DNA of 64,000 bases from the NCBI GenBank assembly GCA_951406725.2, contig OX597820.1:2666001-2730000 (forward strand), in the 5' to 3' direction. The notes beneath the pieces are model-generated. The model was not told the origin of the DNA. It did not search any database and saw only the letters and a program-made list of their open reading frames with translations. Source of the DNA: Octopus vulgaris. Its lineage: Eukaryota. Numbering within the stretch: position 1 is the first letter of the stretch; each line of letters starts with the position of its first letter. This document shows, one piece after another, positions 24,565-37,413 of the stretch. A program made the position numbers and the translations under genes.

Positions 24565-25201
24565 CATTATTTACATTTGATGGATATTTGTCCTCATCTT
24601 GTTTGTTGTTAACACAATGTTTCAGCTGATATACCCTCCAGCCTTCATCAGGTGTCTTGGGGAAATTTTGAAACTGGGTTCTCATTCCTAAGGTATTTTT
24701 CAATGTTGTTGCTATCATTATTATTATTATCATTGTTGTTATTATTGTTGTTGTTGTTGTTGCTGTTATTATTATTATTATCATTGTTGTTATTATTATT
24801 ATTATTATTCAGGTCACTGCCTGGAATCAAACTCTGAATGTTGGGGTTAGTAGCTCGCACTCTTAACCACTACACCATATGCCTGTGGGCTGCACTCTTA
24901 ATCACTATGCCATATGCCCGTGGACATATGGCATAGTGGTTAAGAGCACGGGCTACTAATCCCAAAATTCTGAGTTCAATTCCAGATAGTGACCTGAATA
25001 ATGATGATGATGATGATAACAGTGAAAAATACCTTAGGAATGAGAACCCAAGTTCGAAATTTCCCCAAGACACTTGATGAAGGCTGGAGAGTATATCAGC
25101 TGAAATGTTGTGTTAACAACAAATAAGATGAGGAGAAATATCGTCAAATGTAAATAATGAAAATAATCTACATAATTCCTCATCTCTTAAATATAGAACT
25201 G
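24565..25201. mobile_element. Palindromic tRNA-head/hammerhead element, copy 2 (most complete)
   Basis: Inverted arms about the centre GCCATATGCCCGTGGACATATGGC (~24909-24932). A box 24929-24939, B box 24972-24983. Imperfect TSD ATAGCTCTGAA (24553-24563) / ATAGGTCTGAA (25203-25213). Confidence 0.85.
24611..24656 (-). ncRNA. Minimal type I hammerhead ribozyme motif (best-preserved copy)
   Basis: Minus strand GACAC (stem I) CTGATGA A GGCTG-GAGGGTATAT-CAGCT (stem II) GAAA CA TT GTGTT (stem I'). The consensus of six arms restores CAGCC GAAACGTT. Catalytic activity is not shown. Confidence 0.65.
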
Positions 25202-25344
25202 TATAGGTCTGAAAATTACATTTTTTCATATTAAATGCCCAAACTTATATTTAATATGTAAAATATTATTACTTGGCCAAAAGTTTGGAACATAGGTCTG
25301 AAAATTAGATTTTATATATTAGATACCCAAATATATACATAGTA

Positions 25345-26096
25345 TATATCATATATACTCATGTAATTGTCGAATTTTTTGGACCCTTTTTTATAAAGAT
25401 CAAATTTATAGGGTCAACATGGATATTACTTTTCAGGAAGTGGAATCCAAGCTAGAATCCAAAGTGCTGTATGAGCAGCAGCAGAAGCCCAGCTGATCTC
25501 TAAGCGAATAAAAACAAATGAATTACAGAAATATTACCAATTCTAGGCATCAAAACACATGCCCTAGTAAAATATAATGGCCTAGTGATTAACTGAATGC
25601 TTTTAGGTTTACCAAAGTCAGGTCTTTGCATGAATTCAGACAATGGCGTTTGCCAGGGTTCACCAAAAGTGCTGTTTGTGAAACAAGTTTCTCACCATCT
25701 AAACAACGAATGTATGATGCATGTGTTTATTGTGCTGCAAGATGTGTGCAGACTTGCAGCATATCCTGTGCATACATTTTAGTAATGGTGATGTAGCACC
25801 CATCAACACATGTGTAGTGCTCACTATTAAATGGTGTCTTACTATAAGCACTGAGCATTCCACCTCTAGAGGCAGGCTACAGTAAGGTGGCCACACAATT
25901 TTGTGACAGTGTTATTTCTACATAAAGGATGATACGGAACCTTGACCCACAAGTGTTGTCCTGTTGTTCATGAAATACTAGGATCAACTTTTATACAGGG
26001 TCTATGGAAAATTCCTAATTTTTTGGCCAAAAATAGTGGCAGGGGGGGGGGGTCGATTTTTACATGAGATCAACAGTTACTTGAGTATACACAGTA
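25345..26096. mobile_element. Degenerate pogo/Tigger-like element inside the Tc1-like MITE
   Basis: Left end CATATATACTCATGTAATTGTCGA and right end GTCGATTTTTACATGAGATCAACAGTTACTTGAGTATACACAGTA resemble the CCGTATATACTCGAGT..GTCGAC type of pogo TIR. Confidence 0.5.
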
Positions 26097-26774
26097 TTTG
26101 AATCGAATTGTATTTGAACATAATTTTAATTTTTAAAAAAATGTTCCAAACTTTTGGCCATGACTGTATGATGGTCATTCAAGTAAAAGCTAAAAGTTTG
26201 AAGGAAAATTTGAAGAAACCAGAAGGAGCAGCTTTTAATGTAAAACTTTTCTTTCTAGTAGGCTGGGTGAACGACATCACTTGTATTAAATTACACAATA
26301 TCAAATTAAGGATATGCACAAATATACAAATACACATGAATGATGGGCTTCTTTCAATTTCTGTCAACCAAATCCACTTACTAGGCTTTTTCTGGCCTGG
26401 GGTTGTAGTAGAAGAAACACGTCCAAGGTGCTGTACAGTGAAGAAAAATCAGCACCAAGCTTTAAAGCTTCCAAAAATTTGTCTGATGACTCTTGCAGGA
26501 AGAAATGCTACAGTGACATGAAACAACCCCCCCCCCTTATGTATCACTCCTAAAAGTCAAGGGTTTTCAACATCTATGCTAAGTTTACTCCACCTGCTAT
26601 TTGGTGTTTAAATAAGACTTGAATAGCTACAAGCCTTTTCCAAGACTGGTCTACAAACTTTATTTGCCTTGCTGTACAAAGACACAGTGCCAACCATTAT
26701 ATTTCCACCAATGCAGACAATGCATCTAACCATCTGCTGAACTTTAAGAATTGTTTCTCTATTATATATTTTAA

Positions 26775-27250
26775 CCCTTTCGTTACTGTATTTCTGTTGA
26801 GATGCTTTGTGTTTCTTTCAATTAATTTTAAATATAACAAAGAATTTAGTAAAATAACTTGGTTATCATTCAGCCAGTGTTAAGAACATAAATTGTGACT
26901 AAGGTTTGGTGGAAGATTTTAATTCAAAACTTTTATGAAAACAAGACATTTGTAATACAGAGCCAGAAGCACTTTCAGCTGGGTTGGTATCGAAAGGGTT
27001 AAGAATTGTTTCTCTATTATATTTTTTAACCCTTTCGTTATTGTATTTATTTCGAGATGCTCTGTGTTGCTTTCAATTGATTTTAAATATAACAAAGAAT
27101 TTAGTTAAATAACTTAGTTATCATTCAGCTAGTTTTAGGAACATAAATTGTGACTAAGGTTTGGTAGAAGATTTTAATTCAAAACTTATGAAAACAAGAC
27201 ATTTGCACTCAGAGCCAGAGGTGGTTTCAGCTGGGTTGGTAACGAAAGAG
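26775..27250. mobile_element. Two tandem piggyBac-like MITEs (26775-26998, 27030-27250)
   Basis: Each reads TTAA|CCCTTTCG...CGAAAGGG|TTAA (second ends CGAAAGAG), with TTAA TSDs and ~220 bp homologous bodies. Confidence 0.82.
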
Positions 27251-28595
27251 TTAAATGATCTTTCTGATAATAAGAGTGTGGAATATACATCCAAGACAGG
27301 TCCACACTAATACAAATCCTTGACCCCTAACAGAAGTATAGAAGAGCTCAGGATCTCAAGACAAAATCACTAATTGTATTTGTAAGATTTCTCCAAGACA
27401 TTTAGTGATTTTAACAGAAGTGTCATGTTATATATTCTATTGAAATACAGGTAAGATGATCCTAGATAAGATAACCAAAGCTGCTACCATCAGGTGTGGA
27501 AGCACAGAAAATCTATCATCATGCAACGTCTGTTTGTCATACTGACATGAGTTGGACAGTTTGACAAAAGCTGGTTAAGCGGAGGGCTGCACCAGATTCC
27601 AGCTGCCTGTTCTAGCATGGTTTTTACAGCTGGATGCCCTTCCTAATGCCAACCACTTCACTGAGTGTGGACTGGGTGATTTTTACATGGTAACAGCACA
27701 GGAGCTTCTTATGTGGCACCAGCTAAAGAGCTTCCAAAAGCAGCAGGAATCCTTCAAGGAGACAACCCATCTGCTCTTTTCTTTGTCACAGTATAGGACT
27801 ACATCTTCAGATAAAGGCTTGATGTCAACCAACAAAAAGGCTTCGCCGACAAGCAGAAGTATTCAAGACACCAGCAGAGACTATGTCACTCTGACCTTCA
27901 CTATGGTAACGACCTTTTCCTGACACTTCATTAACAGGACTGTTAACATCCCTTGAGAATATTACAGCTAAAGTCAGTCTATTTCTCAATACAGAGTATA
28001 TGAACATCAAAAGGTATGAAAACCACCTGCCAATTTGATCCAATGATATAAAATGTTTGTGATGCCAACCATCACTGTCGTAAGTACCCAGTCGATCAAA
28101 TAACTGGACAGAGACACGTGGCAATCGGGAAACGAAAGACACTGTTTCAGTGAACCTTTTATTTACAATGATCGCACAACAAGTCAAGACATGCTAAGAG
28201 AGCTGGACATGCTTACGTGGCAGGCTGCAAGCGATCGGCATCATCTATATAAACAGGAAGACCTTTGTTTACACTGAGTGGACACAAGTCTAGAGAAAAT
28301 AGGAACTCCCTCCCTCTCTCTCTCATGCACACACACACACACACACACACATGCATATATGATGTGTGTGTGTATATGTATATGTATATAGATGAAGGAT
28401 CTCTCCCAGATTCCCTCAATCACTTTCACTCACAAAGTATTGGTTGGTTTGCTACTATAGCAAAGAACAACACTGATGCAGTGGGACCAAACTCCAAACT
28501 AAATGATTCTGAAGCAAATTTCTTAACTGCACAGCCATGGCTGAATACACACACACAAGCATATGTATAATGTGTGCATGTGTGTTTGTGTGCAC

Positions 28596-28643
<48 letters not shown>

Positions 28644-28686
28644 GTGTGTGTGTGTGTATATATATGTATGTATATATACATATATA

Positions 28687-28718
<32 letters not shown>

Positions 28719-29158
28719 TATATATATTTCTTTACTGCTCAGAAGGGGCTAAACATAGAGGGGACAAACAAGGACAGATGAAGGGATTGAGTCAATTATA
28801 TCGACCCCAGTGCGAAACTGGTACTTTATTTATCAACCTCGAAAGGATGAAAGGCAAAGTTGACCTCGGCGGAACTTGAACTCAGAACGTAACGACAGAT
28901 GAAATACCGCTAAGCATTTCACCCAGTGCGCTAACGTGTCTGCCAGCTCGCCTTATATATATATATATATATATATATACATACACACACACACACACAC
29001 ATATATATATACACACACACACACACACATATATATATACACACACACACACATATAAATAGTCAAATTGAATAATCTTACATTAAGCATAAGTATAACA
29101 AATCAACAAGAGGATGTGCACATGGAATGTATTAGTTTGATGCTCGGTAAAAAGATTT

Positions 29159-29192
29159 TTAACGTTTCAAGCATAGCTCTTCGTCAGAAAGG
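29159..29192 (-). ncRNA. Minimal hammerhead-like motif of a second Penelope-like repeat family
   Basis: Minus strand CCTTT CTGACGA A GAGC-TAT-GCTT GAAA CG TT AAAA. Degenerate homolog at ~39885-39920. Confidence 0.5.
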
Positions 29193-30216
29193 AAAACGAA
29201 ATAATCCAGAGAAGGGAAAAAAACACCAACAGCACGTGTGTAGTTACAGATAGATACATACCCACACACACACACATATAGCATCATCACTATCATCATC
29301 GTTTAACGTCCACCTTCATGCTGGCATGGGTGGGATGGTTAGACAGGAGCTGGCCAGGTAGGAGCCTGCACCAGACTCCTGTGACCGTTTTGGCAAGGTT
29401 TTTACGGCTGGATGCCTTTCCTGACACCAACCACTCAGCAGAGTGAACTCAGTACATTTTACGTGGTACAAAACACAGGTGAGGTCAGTTTTGGTAAGGT
29501 TTTTTACAGCTGGAAGCCCTTCCAAATGCCAGCCACTTTATAGTGTGGACTGGGTGCTTTTTAAGTGGGACCCACACTGACAGGTCACCAAGTAACTTGC
29601 AAGATAAGGAATTTTGAGAGGGTGAGGGTATTGGAGGAGGTGATCTCGTGTCGGATGATGAAAAGGTTATAGTGAGACAGAGAGACTGAAACAGGTGTCT
29701 TGCTGTAGAGGAGGTACAAGGTTACCTGGCCAGAGAGAGCAGGTGATACAAAGGGGAAAACTGAGCTCAAAACATGAGTATATATTTATATATTTTTTAT
29801 TAATGATCAGCAGACATTACAGAATGGCTTCAGGGTTAAGAGATTTGTACATTGGCATTTACTGATAAGTGCTTATGCACAAAACTTTCAGCCCCTTGAG
29901 TCACTCTGTAATTTCTACCAATTATAAATATAACATATATACTTTATATATATCACCATTTAACATGCATTTTCTAGGCTGGCATAGGTTGCACGGCTTG
30001 ACATGAAGCTGGCCAGCCGGGGAGCTGTCCACAGTTCAACTGTCTGTTGTGGCATGATCTCCACAGCCGGATTTCCTTCCAAACATGAACCATTTTGCAG
30101 AGTGTGCTGGGTGCTTTTTACATGCATACATATATATATATATATATATACACACAAATATAGTTAAATACATATATGTGTGTGCACATGTGTATACACA
30201 CACACACACACACATA

Positions 30217-30821
30217 TGAGGTTCAAAAAGTATCCGATTTTATTTTTTCCTGCCAAAACTAATGCCGTGTGGGCAAAACCCTTTGGATGGGATCAGATGT
30301 CCCCCTGCCTTCACATGTGTTGAAACCTTCACTCCGATAAGCCGTGTCTGTTCCCAGTTGTTACACTTAGAGTACAGACGTGTAGTGTACACTTATTGTA
30401 TTTTTGTTTCTACCGAACACATTCAGCAAAAATATTGTATCAAGTGTTACCACAAACCTGGGCCCAAGGGGCTGGCAGAGCATCAAAAGCAACACTACAT
30501 GGAAATTGCCCAGGACATGCTGGACTGTGCAAAACCATGACCCAGGCTTCATGAAGACCATCATCACCGGAGATGAGGCATGGGTTTATGGTCTCTGCTC
30601 GATACGTTCGGACATCAGGCATGGAAATGAAAATCTGAGTGTGCATTATACATCTGTCCTCCAGGCATAACAGCCAAGAACTGACATTGCTTAGCAGCAT
30701 GAAAATGTTCCTGCCTGCACAGGAAGGATGGTGGCATCACTTCCTACCCAAAAGGTTTTGCCTATGCAGCATTAGCTTTTGGCAGGAAAAAAAAAATCGG
30801 ATAACTTTTGAATGCATCTCA
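30217..30821 (+). mobile_element. Internally deleted mariner element
   Basis: ~50 bp TIRs (TTCAAAAAGTATCCGATTTT...CCTGCCAAAACTAATGC), TA flanks. Transposase remnants QQKYCIKC, MEIAQDMLD and FMKTIITGDEAWVYG (first catalytic Asp motif). Confidence 0.85.
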
Positions 30822-31280
30822 TATTCATTCTGAAGGATTCATGGGAGCAATGTACAGCCTCCCCTCATTTGTGGTTATGGGCCAGCCTTCAGTTTCTACT
30901 AATGATTTACTTGTCCATTCCTTGACATTTGCAGTGAATCCTTTCCTCTACCTCCTCCCATCTCCATGGTTCCTCAAAGAATGGCCTCTACAAGGCTATG
31001 GGATTTTACCATACTATCACATTCTCCTATTTCTTCACTCACACAGTATTGGTCTTCGAAGTGAGAAGGTATTCATGAAAGGACAATGTAATACAGGATG
31101 GTTCTTTTATGAACCTGCACCGACGTGGCTGTGGGTAAAGAAGTTTGCTTTCCAACCACAAGATTCCAGGTTCAGTCCCACTGTGTGACACTTTCATTGA
31201 ATGTCTTTTACTACAGCCTCAGGCTGACCAAAGCCTTGTGAGTAAATCTGGCAGACAAAAACTGGTAGAAGCCCACCATA

Positions 31281-31318
<38 letters not shown>

Positions 31319-31706
31319 TGTCCCCCACCACTGCTTAACAACTAGTTTAAATGTCCCTGCTACTTAGTAGTTTGACAAAAGCAACTAACTGAATAAATAT
31401 CAGGCTTTAAAAAAACACAAGTACTAGGGTTGATTCATTCAACTAAATATTGTTCAAAGCGGTGCCCCAGCATGGCCAGTCTAATGACGGAAACAAGTAA
31501 AAGATAGAAAACAAATTTGAGATGTAATATAGATAAAACATGCAGCTGTGTGGCTAAGAAGCTCACTTTGCAGACAAGTGGTTTCGGATTTAATAGCACC
31601 GTGGTGACTTGCATAAGTGTCGTCTGTTATAGCCTCAGACTGACTCACACTTTGTCGGTGAATTTGTTGAATGGAAACTGTGTGGAAGCCTGTTGTATGT
31701 ATGTAT

Positions 31707-32292
31707 ATGGGATGAGGTGGTGAAGCATGACCTTTGAATGTTGGGCCTCACAGAAGCAATGACAAAAGACCGAGACCTCTGGAGGTATGCTGTGACTGCA
31801 AAGACCTGGCAAATAAAGTGAGTCCACAGCTGTAACCTACACCAACATCACATAACCAGCCCCAGCACATTCAAAAGTACCTTGGATCGTAGGGCGACAG
31901 GCCGTGTTTGAGGAGACCTGTTGAGTCAAGTACATCAACAATAATACCAAAATCAAATCAAATGGAAATTGTAGCTATGACCCCCATGTTGGTGGCACGT
32001 AAAAAGCACCATCTGAACGTGGCCGATGCCAGTGCCACCTTGTCTAACTTCTGTGCCGGTGACACGTAAAAAGCACCATCGTGGTCGATGCCAGCTCCTC
32101 TGGCCCGTGCCAGTGACATGTAAAAAGCATCCACTACACTCTCAGAGTGGTTGGCGTTAGGAAGGGCATCCAGCTGTAGAAACACTGCCAGATCAGATTG
32201 GGGCCTGATGCAGCCTTCCGGCTTGCCAGTCTTCAGTCAAACTGTCCAACCCATGCCAGCATGGAAAACAGATGTTAAACAATGATGATGAT
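31707..32292 (+). mobile_element. RTE-LINE 3' fragment
   Basis: WDEVVKHDL*MLGLTEAMTKDRDLWRYAV followed by the family A UTR and (GAT)n. Confidence 0.85.
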
Positions 32293-33019
32293 ATACATAC
32301 ATATGCACTCATCATCATTTACTGTCCTTTTTCCATGCCGGCATGGGTTGGATGGCATGACACGAAGCTGGCCAGTCGGAGAGCTGCTCCAGATTCCATT
32401 TGTCAGTTGTGGCATGGTTTCTGTGGCTGGATGCCCTTCATAATGCCAATCGCTTTACAGAATGTGCTGGGTCCTTTTTTTACGTGCCACCGGCAGGGTT
32501 GCGTTTACACAGCATTTTATGTGGCACTGGCACCCGTAAAGGACAAGCCTGTGTGTATGGATGACGTGTCTTCTCAAGTACAGCAAATCGCTGCCACTAC
32601 CAGCCCTTTGTCATGTATGTACACACACACATACACGTGTGTGTGTATGTCTTCATGTATGTGTTTGCACCATCACCACTTGGTAACTAGTGTTGTTTTA
32701 TTCCAGTGACTTAGCAGTTTGGCAAAAGAGACCAATAAAATAAGTACCTGACTTTAAAAAATACATAAGTATTGGGGTCAATTCGTTCAAGTAAAATCCT
32801 TTAAGGTGGTGCCCGAGCATGGCCACTGGCTAATGACTGAAACAAGTGAAAGATAAAAAGATGCCAAAGATGTTATAACAGCATCTTATTTCTGTCATTA
32901 TTCCCCGCATCACTAAAGAAATAGATTCACATGTGGACAGACAAATAGAGAGCACCAGCACATGTGGGAGCCTGATTTTGCAGGCTGATGTCTCTCTCGT
33001 TTATCTGTGATCCTTTCAA

Positions 33020-33645
33020 AGTGGCAAGCTGGCAGAATCGTTAGCATGCTGGACGACGAAATGCTTAGTGGGATTTCGTCTGTTGCTACATTCTGAGTTC
33101 AAATTCCACCGAGGTCGACTTTGCCTTTCATCCTTTCAGGGGGTCAATAAATTAAGTACCAGTTGAGTACTGAGGTCGATGTAATCGACTTACCCTCTCC
33201 CCCCAAATTCCAGGACTTGTGCCTATAGTAGAAAGGATTATTAAAGTGGCAAGTTGGCAGAATCATTATCACGCTGGACGAAATGCTTAGCGGTATTTCA
33301 TCTGTCTTTACGTTCTGAGTTCAAATTCCACCGAGGTCAACTTTGCCTTTAATCCTTTTGGGGTCGATTAAATAAGTACCAGTTACACACTGGGGTCAAT
33401 ATAATCAACTTAATCTGTTTGTCTGTCTTTGTTTGTCCACCCTACGTTTAGCCCCTTGTGGGTAGTAAAGAAATAGGTATTTCGCCAATCCCAACAATCT
33501 GAGTTCAAATTCCACCAAGGTTGACTTTGCCTTTCATCCTTTCAGGGGGTCAATAAATTAAGTACCAGTTACACACTGGGGTCAATCTAATCAACTTATC
33601 CCCATCCCCAAAATTTCAGGCCTTGTGCCTATAGTAGAAATGATT
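33020..33645 (+). mobile_element. Trimeric family B SINE flanked by a 21-bp direct repeat
   Basis: Three tandem units, each with GAGTTCAAATTCCACC..GGT(C/T)(G/A)ACTTTGCCTTT. TTATCTGTGATCCTTTCAAAG at 33001-33021 and TTATCTGTGGTCCTTTCAAAG at 33646-33666. Confidence 0.8.
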
Positions 33646-35421
33646 TTATCTGTGGTCCTTTCAAAGATTTCTGGTCCTGATTGTTTTTGGATTTGGTTTG
33701 CAAGATCCTTTATGTGAATTCCTCTGTTGAAACAAATCTCCGTGTCTTGGGAGCGTCATTACACCAATACGAATAACACATGCACCAGTGTGAGTGTTTG
33801 TTTAATATTGGCAGAAAGACTCTCCCTAGCTGATTCCCGTATCTACCTTCCCCTTTTCTTCTTTCCTAGTAGGTAGGTTCCCTAGAGGCCAGTCAGACAA
33901 ATGTTATGTTTTAACCGAGGAGAATATTACACAAGTGCTCTCTTACACAATTACTTGAAACATGTATATTAGATGCATTCAAAATATCAACATTTGGTTT
34001 TTGTCTTTATGACATATATTGATTCCATTCCATATTCCATAACAATTTGTTAAGTCCTTGGCTTCAATTACATGATTAATATAGCAAAAATTTAGGAGTG
34101 GCGTATTTTACTGGATCCATCATTATCATTTAACAGTCATTTTCCATGTTTGCATGGGTCAGACAGTTTGATAGGAGCTGGTAAGACTGGGAGCTGCACC
34201 AGGCTCCATTGTCAGTTTTTGCATGGTTTCTACAACTGGATGCCCTTCCTAACACTAACTATTTTACAGAGTGTACTGGGTGCTTTTTGGACCCAAGTCA
34301 AAAAATTCTGGTAAAGTGCATCAAAGCAGACCCTTCTCTCCCTCGATATAAATATTACTCCACAGCTTTAACTTGCAACTGAATAAACTTGGTAATGTGG
34401 CATGCTTTTCCTAATTGTTTTCGGTGCCTTTGTAATCGCAAGAAGACAGACATCTCAACTGCCTTGAACCCAGTAGAATAACCAGAATAACACAGCTGGA
34501 AGGAAGGACGGCTGCACCAACACTGAGCTGGCACTCATTCTCAGCAACATGAAATAAAGTGCCTTGCTCAAGGAAACAAGACACTGCCTGGTCTAGTAAT
34601 TGAACCCATGACCTCACAATCCTAACACACTAACCACCAAGCCACAGATCGTCTCCTACATACATACATACATATATGGTTGTGTGGTTAAGGATAAGTG
34701 CAGGCATGGCTGTATGGTTAAGAAGCTCACTTTGCAACCAGTCCCAGCACGCAGCACCATAGGTAAGTATCTTATACTACAGTCCCCAGTCGACCAATAC
34801 TCTGTGAATGAATTTAGTAGACAGAAACTCTGTGTGTGTGTGTGTGTGTTTCTTTGCCCACCACCTCATGACAAATCGGTGTCGGTTTACTTACGTCCCC
34901 GTAATATAGCGATTCGGCAACAGTGACCGGTAGGGGTCGATTTGTACGACTAAAACCGTTCAACGAGATGCTCCAGCGTGGCCGCAGTCCAATGACTAAA
35001 ACAAGTAAATAGTCAAACACACACACGCACGTATACTTCTTCTATAAACGGTTGAGAGTTACAATATAAACAGTACATTTGTTTATGACGACCAACTTTC
35101 GAGTAAAATCTATTAAACATTTGGGGAAATTAATGACGCATGTTCCTTGCCATTCGGCAATAATCCACACAACACGTTTCACACGATAACGAAACTACAC
35201 ATCACTTCAGAATGATGGATAGTATTTATAGATGTGTGTCTTTGTTTATTCTGGGGGACAATTTTACCTTAGACAGCGCTGTCGAATATTATCTGATAGG
35301 ATTTCATTTTACCTACTTCGTAGCGAGCAGGGATAGGTTACTGCGACTAATGTTTTAGTGCTAAACCTAACAACCATACCTCTTATTGATTGAATGAATA
35401 AACTAGAAACTTACGCCAGGG

Positions 35422-35511
<90 letters not shown>

Positions 35512-36215
35512 TGCATACAAGCAAACATGGACATATACGTGTATGGGTGTATGAGGTAAACCAGAAGGAGAGACTGTAAGTGGTTATTAGACGTACAAGA
35601 AATAGCAGCCGAAATCTCCCACAAGCACACTATACCGTCTTTAAAAAAAAAAAATGGGACACATTGCATAGCGTGGCTATAGGTTACCTACATAGGTGTC
35701 TAAAACAGGGTCTAAACAGCAACACAGCAAGAAATTTAGGGATTGTACTGCAAAATAAACAAACTCCCCCACAGACACACACACATATACGCCCACACAT
35801 GTTTTGTCAATGAAACTATTCAATTCAGACAGGTGCAGTGACACAAACGCATAAATGCATGGCTGTTAAATAATTAAAATGTGCCTTTTTTTTTACCTTC
35901 AACAACAATACTTAACTAGTTGTAACCTCTGTTATTGTTGTTAACTTATAATATGTGTGTGTGTCCGTGTGTCCTATACATAAAGTGATGGTTGTTTATG
36001 AAATACAAACACCAAACTACTTTGACAGAAATTAGTCAGAGAGGGTAATAACAGGAATAATTTTGTCACACCAACCATGCTAGTAGCATGAAGCCTTCGA
36101 TACACACGCGGGGAGTCTATTATTAACTAATAATTGCCATGGGAGAAACTCGAGAGTTTAGAGTTTCGTGTTGTGACACCTATGAATCTCACCTTTTATG
36201 AATAGGGGCATACCT

Positions 36216-36390
36216 TACAGAAGTGAGCCAAACAACACCAAATTTGTTTCTTCATAACTTTAAGAAAAATAGATGTCTTTTGATATAATTTTCTGCAAAT
36301 ATCTTTCAGATGGCGGAGATACCAAATTTTCTGAAAGTTATGAGGGAACAAAATTCGGAGCGGGGACACAACTGTTTAGGTATGACTATA
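36216..36390. mobile_element. Small MITE-like inverted repeat
   Basis: CCAAATTTGTTTCTTCATAACTTTAAGAAAA is mirrored by TTTTCTGAAAGTTATGAGGGAACAAAATTCGG. Confidence 0.5.
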
Positions 36391-36407
36391 CTTTATACGT
36401 ACATACA

Positions 36408-36457
<50 letters not shown>

Positions 36458-36549
36458 AAAGTAAATAATACGTACACCCGGTGGTTAAGGGTTAGGACTG
36501 GGGCTTTTGTTATGCCGAAAACGGGTGGTGTACGTATTCTTTTCCTTCG

Positions 36550-36604
<55 letters not shown>

Positions 36605-37094
36605 GAGAGAGAGAGATGTAGAATAAAATGAAATAAAGATAAACATTAGATGGAATAAAATAAGGAATGATGAGAGAAAGGAGTGAGAGATTGGTGTGAA
36701 AACAGAAAACGGTTGAGACATGTTTTGAAAGATGTGGGGGGGGGGGGGAATGTATTGGGTCCAAAGAGATTTGAAAGTAGAAAACGGATGCAGCAATGAA
36801 GACGTGTGTTTGTGGATAGCAGGGATGGAGAGAAGAATGGAAAATACGGTGAAGACGAATGAGAGATGGAGTGAAGAGAGATGCTTATGAAAGGGGTTGA
36901 GTTGAGAGATAAGAGGAAATGTAAATAATGGAGAGATGTGAATGAAATATAAAAGATGGGATATAGAGCAGAACAGAATTTGAGAAGAAGAAGAATAGAG
37001 GAAGAAAGAGAATGTGTTTATATCCTTTAAAAATAAGAGAAGAATATTGAGTAATGAGATGAGAGGAACGTATGAGAATGATTATATTAAGGAG

Positions 37095-37238
37095 ATAAAT
37101 AGATAAATAGGATAGAGAGACAGACAGATAGGTAGATAGATAGATAGACATAGTTAGATAGATGGATAGAAAGACATAGATAGGATAGATAGATGGATAG
37201 ACAGATAGAAAGACAGATATATATATATATATATAGAT

Positions 37239-37279
<41 letters not shown>

Positions 37280-37413
37280 GATAGATAGATACATACATAC
37301 ATAGACAGATAGATAGATAGATAGACAAGTAACAGACGGACAAGTAGGTAGGTAGGTAGATAGATAGATGGATGGATAGCTAAACAGATAGATAGATAGA
37401 TAGATAGATAGAT
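37095..37413. repeat. (GATA)n/(GACA)n microsatellite, preceded by a ~500 bp purine-rich tract
   Basis: Direct reading of the sequence. Confidence 0.9.

Larger units (their letters stand above)
24529..26166. mobile_element. Tc1-like MITE hosting two younger insertions
   Basis: 26-bp TIRs CAGTTATGGCCAAAAGTTTGGAACAT / reverse complement CAGTCATGGCCAAAAGTTTGGAACAT. TA TSD at 24527-24528 and 26167-26168. Internal TIR-like direct repeat near 25273. Confidence 0.85.

Noticed and set aside
36310-36379. Plus-strand exon starting ATGGCGGAG with flanking AG/GT
   Set aside because: It lies inside a small inverted-repeat element and the peptide has no recognisable homology.
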